A stretch of 63,599 nucleotides of DNA, counting the filler, from Reticulomyxa filosa (Eukaryota; Protista; Foraminifera): NCBI GenBank assembly GCA_000512085.1. It is 28 parts of 28 records of this genome, joined end to end, with 100 filler letters (N's around TTAATTAATTAA, not from the genome) between each part and the next. Parts side by side here need not be neighbours in the genome. Positions count along the whole stretch, not along the records: positions 45,288 to 57,029 come from ASPP01020231.1; positions 57,130 to 62,213 come from ASPP01015971.1; positions 62,314 to 63,599 come from ASPP01000393.1; 25 more parts are not named here. One strand, written 5' to 3'. Below the pieces are notes generated by a model. It worked only from the letters and a program-made list of their open reading frames with translations, did no database searches and was not told the origin of the DNA. This document shows, in pieces, positions 54,142 to 63,599 of this stretch; the stretch's first letter is position 1, and every line of letters begins with the position of its first letter. The position numbers and the translations under genes are program-made.

Positions 54142-54799
54142 TCGAGAAGCGCAATAAGTGACTATATATTTTTGTACATATTAAAATTGATAATACAAAA
54201 GGACAATAGTTCAATATGAAAAAGTTTTCAAACATTTATTTTCAACTGATAATATATCTATTACTTTGTAAGTATTTCTCAAATGAATGCTTTCTCAACA
54301 TGATAACAACATGTTAATAAATCTTATTGTTTCAACGAAATAATAATTTATGTCTAGCAATACATTTACAGATTGCAGTAATTGATTAATTGAAAAGATC
54401 ATATATATCGTTTATAAGAACTAGGGGAAGTAGTGTATTCTGAAGATAAGTTGTAGAAACAATTATTGACAATATAATTATATTTGCGATTATAATTGAC
54501 AGATGAATTTAATGTATTTAGCTATTAATTGTGAGTATATGGAAATAATATATAAAGAAACAATTGGAATTTATCAGTATTTATATGCACGATTACAGAA
54601 CCAAAATTATTTTTCAAAACTAATATTATTTTTATCAAAATATAATAAATATTTGAGTTAAATATATGTTGATGGAAAAGTAATATAAAAAAATAAAGAA
54701 TACTAAAAAGTAGTTTGTTTGATACTAAAATATGAAACAATGTAATATAGTTCAAGTTGCGGTATTAAATTTAAGCAGACAATAAAGTGAAAGAAAAAT

Positions 54800-55440
54800 A
54801 AATAAGAAATAACATTTTATAATATGCTGAATACGAAAAAGAAAGCGATAATTAAATTATTATACTAAAATATTAACAATTATAAGTTAAATAACTTAAT
54901 TCAATAACTTCAGTAATTAAATTTATTAGTTTGAAAAACAATAATAAATTATACATAAAAATTATAACGGATATATTTTCTGGAAATTTATGTCTAGATT
55001 GGATGAACAAAAGAAATGAAGATATGATTTAATGCGGATCAATTTGACATGAATAAATTAAGTAAAATTTCATATAATACAAAAAGTGCTATACACAAAT
55101 AATGAAGGATGTTTACAATCGAAAGGAAATATATCAGTATTGGTGAATCAGGATTTAAAGATATTTCAATTACTACAGAAAAACATGTTATAATGTCCTG
55201 ATTGTGAACAATTGACTATAACATCTGTTGTCAGAGTTTATTTTTAAGTTTAGAACATTCAATTTGCTCAAGTAATAATTATTTGCATGTGGATGATAAT
55301 AACTAAATTACGTAAAGCAATGGAAGTGATAAAAAATGAAATAAATTTAATTGATTGTTTCGGAAGATAAAAATTTGTTCGAAAACAATCAAAAACACAT
55401 AATCGATTTTATAATGTTAATTATATGTTATAAACATAAT
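54800..55440 (+). pseudogene. Decayed paralog of the RelA/SpoT-like gene at 24014-25782
   Basis: Broken-frame matches: GCLQSKG, FKDISI, CPDCEQLTITSVV, EHSI, (T)KLRKAMEVIK, VSEDK..F..QSKTHNRFYNV. Confidence 0.8.
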
Positions 55441-56209
55441 GCACTGTAAAAAGCAAAAGAAAGTTGACAAATAAAACAGCTACTTATAAAGATGATTAAT
55501 TTTTTACACAAAGAAACAACATTTAGACATAAATTATTTCAAAATGTTGAACTATCAATCTTTTTGACATAACTCAATTTAAATGCAATAACTCTTTAAT
55601 TTTTTTAGTTAAAAACGGTGTTATTTGTTGTAATACAAAATTTTTTCGCTCACATGAAATATATTTTACAATTATTGATTTGGTAATAAAATTTTTTAAA
55701 TAATATTTATTGTTTAAATATTATAATAGCTTAAATTCAATCATTATATATGAAATATCGTAGCATTGTATGTCTTGGACTACTTTTAAATTTTTTTTTT
55801 AAATAGCTGAAAGTTAAGATCTAATCCTAGTTAAAAGAGCACCTAGTCCCAAAAGGAATACAGTACTCAAATAAAAACAAAAGCAAAGGAAAAGATCAAC
55901 AAAATTTGTTAAACTCACTCACAATCAAAAGTTAAAGGTTGAGATCAATCAATGGTTGTGAAAACAATTTGGCTCTTCACTGTGGAGTTCAGGACGTTGC
56001 TAAACTGAATTCTCTGAGCATTGTTTTCGAAGTGTTGAAGTTTCATAAAATATTAAGATTCAATTAGCTACTTTTAATAAATTAGAAAAAACTAAAACAA
56101 AAATTAAAATTTAATACTTAAATAATCAATTTTGTGTAATGTTTAATTGCAATTATTCAATTGAAAGTTGTTCAAGCTTTGTTTGATCTTTCTATTCTGT
56201 TTCAACCGC

Positions 56210-56555
56210 TGTTTTCAGAAATTTCGCTTGGTATACTCGTTGTTCGATATCTGATCTTACGAAATATCGCAAGATCAGATTATAAAATTTTCAACTAGTA
56301 TAAACACTTTTTTATCTACGATAAAAAAAATTTTACTAGTTGAAAAAAATTTTCTTATTGTTTGTTTTCTTTGTGTCTTTGTCTTGGTTTCTGTTTTCGC
56401 ATCAATCTTGTTGAAGACGAAAATTGTTGCTGATAACCGAAGATTAACTTCGAACTTCTTTCAGATACTGCTAGTTGTTTTGTGCTTGTTTTTCTTCAAA
56501 ATACAAATTTTTTTTCAAACATTTATATCCATGATGAAGGATGTTTAAATTAATT
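56210..56555 (-). repeat. Dispersed repeat, copy 1 (hairpin-rich, possibly a retroelement 5' region)
   Basis: Reverse complement aligns by eye with 63135-63440, including the shared CTAGCAGTATCTGAAAGAAGTTCGAAGTTAATCTTCG. Confidence 0.85.
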
Positions 56556-56569
56556 TTTTTTTTTTGTGG

Positions 56570-56990
56570 GAAACTATTGGAAAGGACTGTGACAATGAGA
56601 TTGATGTGGTATTTGATGAACACCAGACAATACATCAGAATTATCATTGACAGACTCCATTCACACATCGTTCGACAAGACTGGAGTATCGTATGCAGTA
56701 CTGCTTGACATCTCATCCGCGTATGATAGTGTGTGGAGAGATGGATTGATATACAAGATGAGCATGAATTTAATTTGAAAGGAAGAATGTATTGGTGGCG
56801 GACAGTCTCCTCAAAGGCAGAACTGGACAAGTTGTGTTGAATGGAATCAGTTCCAGCATGAAACAGTTCGAAACAGGATTGCCACAAGGATCTTCGTTGT
56901 CTCCTGTTATTCCTGCTGTAAATCAATGATATTGCACAAGCAGTCCAGAGTCTAATGTTCGCAGATGATGTTGCACTGTGGACAACATGA
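56570..56990 (+). mobile_element. Non-LTR retrotransposon (LINE) reverse transcriptase fragment, degenerate
   Basis: AVLLDISSAYDSVWRDGLIYKM, FLKGRTGQV, GLPQGSSLSP, INDI, MFADDVALW across frameshifts. Confidence 0.9.
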
Positions 56991-57129
56991 TGAAATTTTT
57001 TTGAAGCTTTTGCACTGGGAGAGCGTGAANNNNNNNNNNNNNNNNNNNNNNNNNNNNNNNNNNNNNNNNNNNNTTAATTAATTAANNNNNNNNNNNNNNN
57101 NNNNNNNNNNNNNNNNNNNNNNNNNNNNN

Positions 57130-58288
57130 CTCCTTCTTCTTCTCTTTCTTCCTCTTCCTCTTCCTCTTCTTTTTCACTCCCTCTGTTGCCCTGTGATTCT
57201 GTTGCGTTATCATTGCCATCGTCGTCATATCTCATCACTATCCGCGTTGCTTCCATCACCAAACCGGCACTGACACATGCGCTGAGAAATGTTTGGTTGT
57301 TAATGTACGTATCTCCATTAATGGACTGATGCGCGCCGTCAGGCAAGCGTCGACATTTTTTGGCAAAGTCGTTTAAGTATCCGCGCGTATGTAATCCTTC
57401 CAATTCTTCTATCTAAAAAAAAAAAAAAAATAAAAAAAAAAATGGTCTTTTCATAAGTTGTTAAGAGGGAGAAAAAAAAAAGCCATACTGTTGGAACAGG
57501 AGATGGCAATTCATTGATGTAGTGACAAGAACAATCCCATTTCATATCGTGAATCATTTTCACAAGTGCTCGCAGACGGTCTGGTCTTTCATTAAACTGC
57601 TCCGATGCCAACTCATTGTTCACTTCGTGTAGCAAACAGCGCTCGTCGGTTAGTATGTATACGTGGTCATATCGTTCCACGTTGTTATTTATATTCGTAT
57701 TTGTGTCCTTGTTCTCGACCGTATCACATTTCGGGGAGCTATACTTGCCCTTATTATTGACAGGTCCTTGATTGTTCTTCTTTTCTGTTTCGTCCAAGTC
57801 TATTACGTCGATTATAATTCTGTGCTGCATCAAACATCATTTCGCCCATCCCAAATCCCTTTTTTTTTTTTTTTTTTTTTTTTGCTTGGCATTCACATAA
57901 TGCGTTTTTCACAACCAGTGGCTAAAAAAAAAAAAAAAAAAAAAAAAACAAAAAAAAAAGTTACCTTTTTGCGAAAAGGCGCACATACGCCGTGGCGAAT
58001 TTGGGGAAGATGTATGTCCAATTCAAAGCTGTTATCTTGATCCACTGGCCCCCCATTAATATCATCGGATGTTTCTTGGGTAAACCTTGATATTTGTGAA
58101 TCAAGGGAATCATGGGAGAGTTTGGGTTTTTTGCGGCCCCGTTGCGTGTCGACATTTTCCAAGCGGGACAAGGTTCGCTTCTTTTTTGATACTTCTCCAC
58201 TTGTCACTGTCTCAGGAAGCGACAAATTTAAACTAGATAGTTCCAACCTGGCATACATATCACACCACTCATCCACAATAAGAGACAT
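57130..58288 (-). CDS. Class II histone deacetylase, N-terminal part (partial)
   Basis: TDERCLLH...ERPDRL, EEL..LHT..YL, GDTYINN.TF.SACVSAG...EAT..VM. Confidence 0.8.
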
Positions 58289-58696
58289 GCATCAACCCTC
58301 AAAAACTTGAACTTTTCCATCAACATCGTTCACTAACGCTCCCCTCCACGACTGTCCAATATTAAGCAAATTTCTATTACGTTTACGAGTGAAGATAGTG
58401 TCATATTAAACAAAAATATTAAAAATTTGAATTGTATAAGGTAGGATAAATCCGTCAATCTAGTTTTTTCTTTTTGCTTTTTACATGCTTTTAAACTGCA
58501 CACATGGCCACGACCCTCAAAGAATGGAAAAGAACAAAGTTCAAAAAAAAAAAAATACAACTGGCAAGCACATTTTTTTGGCGTGGAGCAAGAAAAGGAA
58601 CAAAACAGACAAAATCAAATGATAGTCCAATGAACAAAAAAAAAACAACCGACAAACAATATTATTTTCATTGAATAATATCCTTTTCTTTTCCTC

Positions 58697-61600
58697 TCAG
58701 TGGACTTGTTGATGGAACCAGTGATCAAACAATCGCCGCATATCTTTTCTGCCAGCAGTCACCAAGGCATGAATACCTTCAGTAGCTCCATCCTTGTCAG
58801 CGTGTAATGACAACATATTTTTGAAGTAGTCAATATCCTTTTCGTGCATTAGCTCAGGCATACCTGCCGGGACCATCTTAATTGACAATGATTTTTAAGT
58901 GTATAGTAGTATAGTAAACAAACAGAAAAAAAACAAACTATTTTATCATTGCGAATGTTAAGTCTATATACCTATATATGTACACACATATAAATATATA
59001 TATATACATATACATATATAACATACCAAAGCAAAGAGCACTAATAGGAGCCTCGACTCTTGCCTAAGAATATTGAAGGCGTCAGCGACCCAAACTAAAA
59101 AGTCGTCATATTTTTCACCTTGATCGATGCAATACTTCATAGCTGGAGTAAACAATAAAGGCACTTTTTCTCTTTCCATTCCCATTTTTTTCTTGAAATT
59201 TCCCAAGAAATGTCCAAAGTCGATGTGGAAAAAGTGTCCTTTGTCAGTGATGAGCACATTGGACGGGTGTCGATCTCCAATTCCCAAAACGGACGTCGCG
59301 ACACAATATCCAGCGCACGATCTGGCGAAATTTTCACGTGCTTTGTGCAAGTCATCCGCACCAGGATTGTTTTTGGCCATATACATGTCAATGCTCTCTT
59401 TGGCAAATGTGCCATACACTTTGTTGATTTCCTTGACAGTGATCGAGGGCAATACCAATTCCAGCATTCCCACGCCTTCCATGTTGGAGTTTACTCCTGT
59501 GGCCAACACACGATAGGGTTTCAAATGCAAGTCAATTTTATTTTGGAGCCACATTTGATCCATGATTTCAAGGATTTGAATGGTGAGCATATCTTGACGC
59601 AGGTCGTCTCCGGATTTGAACATAACAGTGATTGGCTTGCCAAATTCGTCACTGTTTTGCAATTCCAGCCATAGTGGCACTTTGGCCGAGTCCATAAATC
59701 GACATTTGTCCACTAACAATTTGGTAGCATGCCAACGAGGATTCAAAGGGATTTGAATGCCCTTTACCGGCAGCTCTTTGTTCAATTTATGCAACTCGCG
59801 TTTCAGCACCTCTTTGCACTTTTCTTTGCTCCACTTTTGTATTTTGTACACGCGATAGACTTTGTCAGCAATTACCTCAAAGCGTTTCAAAAGCATGTTT
59901 TGCATGAACAACTGGCGCGCATGCTCACCAGCATGTTTCAAGTACTCTTCCATGATCAAGCCAAAGCGTTCGCAGTGTTGCAATTCGTGAAACTCTGCCT
60001 TTAATGCCCAGAACAGGAAATGTCCAATTTGATAAGGATTGCGTAGTCCCCTTTCCAATAAAAATTCTTGAAGTCTGCTGTTGTGATGATTTTCATATTT
60101 CAAGCATTGGATCAATTGCAGCAAATACTTGGACAAGTCGCTGTCGTGCATATCAGAAATCCAATGGATCGCCTTTTCTCGCAGATACGTATCCGCATAG
60201 CGATAGTCCAAGAATTCGATTGCGTCCCAAGGTTTTTTCGGAGGAGCCCAAATGTCCAAGTATTTATGACATTCGGTCACGCATTTGATATCTGTCCAAT
60301 CGACTGCGCGTAAGAAAGCGGGCAAAGCATTGCTTTCAGTGAACAAAAAGTTGCGACAGCTCCACACCAAAGCCTTTTCTTCGGGCAGCAACTCCTCCAA
60401 TGGATTTTTGCTTAGTATGGTTTCCAACTTCACTTTCTGTTCGGTGCGAAGTTCGGATCGTTTCAATTGCTTCACTCCTCCCACAGTGTTGGGGTCATAG
60501 GTAACGCGCTCTCTCGCGAGATATTTGGGTGCAATCACTTCGAATGCAAACTCGTCAAACTCGATTAGCAATTGGCATTCACGACGACGTTTCATACTTC
60601 GCGTATTGCGACTGGTGCTGTTTGCGGTGATGCTGGACTTTTCGACGGGATTGATGGTGGGACTGGTGGCATTGTTTGTGATTGAGGCTCGCGAGTCGAC
60701 GACGGTGCCGTTTGTGTCATTCGTCGAACCATTTTCATCGCTTTGATTTGTGTCGATACTCGAAACCGTGTTCATTGTGTTGCTGTCGATGGTTGTCTCG
60801 GTGGTCATTTCTTCGCTCACGCCACCTTCGTTCCACGTGCGAGAAGTTGATCTTTCTTCGGGGATATATCGGGTGCATCTGTCGCGATTGGTGCCACGAT
60901 AGCGATAAGGCCGCAATGCATAAGGGTCGTTCTTGGGCCCATGCTTGTTTCTTTCGAAAGCGGGTATCTCCCACAATGTGAGCAGGTATTTGCCTCGACG
61001 CAGTTTGTGACGATGATCAATCAAGGGAACACGACACCATGCCAAGCATTCGTCGGTCTTGCCGTCGGCCATGACACCGAGCACTTGAATACACACCACG
61101 GTCTCGCGAGGGATCTGAGAGTATTGAATTTGTTTCACTCCCAACCATTGTCCATATGGGATGTGATTATCACAAGGCAGGGAGGTGCTGGACAACACGC
61201 AGTTGGAAAAGAGATTATTGCCATGCCACAACTCCACGACCACTTTCAAAGAACGCATCAACTTTTCATCAAAGCGAGGACATTTCAACGCATTCATCAA
61301 TTGCACAATCTTTACTCGGAAATGCCATTCTGTCTCATGCAAGTACTTCATTTGATTTTCCAAGACAAATGTCTTTTCGGTTTTGTCCTTGTCCTTATCT
61401 TTGTCCTTGCTTTTGCTTTCGTACTCATATTCCTTGCTATCTTCCGTCGACTTGTCTTTGCGACTGGCTTGGATGTGCTCGTCCAATGGAGATATGATCA
61501 TGTCTTCCTGCACATAGCTCGCATCTCGTACAGACACGTCGTATGCATTGACCAGACTTTCTCCGTATTTTATTTGCTTTTGTCTCTCTTGCTCTATCAC

Positions 61601-62145
61601 TTCCGTTCGATCTGCACGTTGCACCAACACAAACTCCACGTCGTTTTCATTACGCACTGCGTTACGCACGGCCTCGTATTCAATCACTTTCGTATCTCCG
61701 TAGATATACTCTTCGCATCCGGCTACTTTCAATATAAACGACTCTGGGTCAGCGCTTGATTTGTAAGGCTCGTCCAATCGCTTCATCAGCGATTCAATCA
61801 CATCCTTCGCGGTCGTCACCAGCGCTTCAATTTGAATTGTCACAAATTGTCGATGCTCCGCAAATTGCTTTGGAATACGAGTGCGGGCCAAAAAGCACCC
61901 ATTGGGCATGTCACGCAGAGGACCTTCGCTAAAGTATTCCGGGAAGCAATACATCTTCGCGTCAGGCAACATCTCAAAGTGATTTATTCGAGCTGCGCGA
62001 CTGCGATACGCATTTACCATGTCGTTGTCAAAGTCCCATTCGTGTGCAGGAAAGTTCAGTGTCGCATCGACCACATCTTCGCCCTCGTAGGGTTCCATGG
62101 GACGAGTCGCCAAATAATTCGCATAAGTTGTTCCAAGCTTCACAT
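58697..62145 (-). CDS. Class I phosphoinositide 3-kinase catalytic subunit (RBD, C2, helical, kinase); 5' truncated, last intron about 59025-58880
   Basis: FILKVAGCEEYIYG (RBD), C2 domain, YLLQLIQCLKYE, IGHFLFW.LKAE, MDSAKVPLWL, FKSGDDLRQDMLT, SCAGYCVAT.VLGIGDRH, FHIDFGHFLGNFKKK, M...GMPEL. Confidence 0.95.
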
Positions 62146-62339
62146 TTTTTTTTTCAAAGTGTAATCGTCAACAGAATAAATTCATACACGTACACTCAGT
62201 GCCCCCAAAAAAANNNNNNNNNNNNNNNNNNNNNNNNNNNNNNNNNNNNNNNNNNNNTTAATTAATTAANNNNNNNNNNNNNNNNNNNNNNNNNNNNNNN
62301 NNNNNNNNNNNNNTTTTTTTTTTTTTTACAACACAGATC

Positions 62340-62973
62340 AGCGGTATTCCTAATAATCATGGATTGAATCCATATTTTACAGAGCATGGAACAGACATTG
62401 GATTTGTGAAGATATTGATACAATGCAACAATATTTCTTATCTAACCTGATAGAAGTTCAATCATTTGAAAAGATTATATTCGTTCATTGATATTTAGTG
62501 AACGCAAGATTATTTGTCGGCTGATTACTGGCAAAATTGGATTGAATGATTATTTGTATAACATCCAAAGATCAGATTTTACTATTGTAGTGAATTACGT
62601 CACAATTGGTGGACAAATATCCAAGAATTGAAACAATTCATTATTGGGGATCGATCATGGAAGCCAGATGTCAGGATCAAAGTTGTAAAAGCAGCAGCTA
62701 AGTTTGTAATCGATACCAAGAGAATCATAAGTAAATCTCAATTTAAATTGAAATAACTTTATTGTTTTTCTTTTGGTTATTTTTTGAATGGACTTTTTGA
62801 TGTAAGATTTTGTGTATCTTTCTTTTGTTTTTGTTTTTTTTTTTTGAGTAATGTGTTCTATTTCTTAGAACGAGGTGCTCTTTTAACTAGAAAACCTGAG
62901 TTTATGCAGGCAAAAAGCAGCGCGTTAGTCCAACACTTGATACGCCCACTACAACACATCTAAAAAAAAAAAA
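62340..62973 (+). mobile_element. LINE 3' end: degenerate ORF2 C-terminus, T-rich 3' UTR and poly(A) tail
   Basis: ERKIICRLITGKIGLNDYLYNI resembles the post-RT RL.TG...LN..L region of non-LTR ORF2; ends KFVIDTKRI; A12 at 62962-62973. Confidence 0.65.
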
Positions 62974-63134
62974 TCAAGTAAACACAAGTGTTTGTTATGT
63001 CGTGGACAACATCCAAGTGGTTCTGTGCAGTGTAAAGTGATTCGCAAAGCCAGAGAAAAGCTTGGAATCAAATTAACGAGGAAAGAAGATGAATTCCTGA
63101 AGAAAAAGCATATCAAACAAGCAACTCAATCAAA

Positions 63135-63440
63135 AAAAAATCCTTCATAATCGAGATAAACTTTTGAAAAAAAAGTTGTATTTTGAAGGAAGGCAAACAC
63201 AAAACAACTAGCTACTGCAACATCTAGCAGTATCTGAAAGAAGTTCGAAGTTAATCTTCGATTATTAACAACGATTTTCGTCGAAAACAGAAACAAAGAC
63301 AAAGAAAATACTTTTAAAGAAATTTTTTTTAACTAGTAAATTTTTTTTTTATCGTGATAAAAACTTTTTTTACTAGCCAGGTATCTGATATTGCGATTTT
63401 GCGAGAGATCAGATATACAAGATAACAAACGAAACACCCA
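63135..63440 (+). repeat. Dispersed repeat, copy 2
   Basis: Homologous to the reverse complement of 56210-56555. Confidence 0.85.
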
Positions 63441-63599
63441 AAATGAACAGTCAAAATAAAATAATTTCAACAAGAAAGAATGGCGAACAAAATTATAAGC
63501 ATTCACATGCTTTTCTTTAATACAGTAGGTTGCAAAGAAAACTGAACGCCTAAAACGATATCCTATGATGATAATTGATTTTCTCCATGAAAAATCAAC

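Noticed and set aside
57825-57860. In-frame TGA in the HDAC exon as evidence of stop-codon reassignment
   Set aside because: A one-base T-run correction restores the frame, and TGA/TAA act as normal stops in conserved genes here.
1911-62313. Regularly recurring TTAATTAATTAA palindrome as a CRISPR-like or biological repeat
   Set aside because: Always centred in 44+44 Ns; an artificial six-frame-stop linker.

Overview
Not a contiguous locus. The window is 28 short contigs joined by 27 artificial 100-bp linkers (N44-TTAATTAATTAA-N44), so adjacency across a linker means nothing. The DNA is from an AT-rich, intron-containing, microsatellite-rich eukaryote. The WD40 family style, pseudogene load and intron style resemble the foraminiferan Reticulomyxa filosa (inference, not searched). 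Recognisable, mostly partial genes: ascorbate-peroxidase-type heme peroxidase, RTEL1-type Fe-S helicase, CAMK-group kinase, divergent G-alpha, CCR4 deadenylase, Sin3-like, SAM decarboxylase, NBS1, EF-hand/coiled-coil protein, class II HDAC and class I PI3K. There are also WD40 pseudogenes, a Tc1 transposase tail and LINE fragments. Two architectures stand out. (1) A RelA/SpoT-like (alarmone-synthetase-type) domain preceded by a Cys-rich module and followed by what looks like the start of a STAND/NACHT NTPase, i.e. a candidate NLR-like immune receptor with a nucleotide-signal effector; a decayed second copy lies elsewhere in the window. (2) A CCR4-family EEP nuclease with a whole Mut7-C (PIN plus Zn-ribbon) module inserted inside it. 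Many introns also run U-rich at the 5' end and A-rich just before the 3' AG. All calls are by-eye motif recognition; no searches were run.
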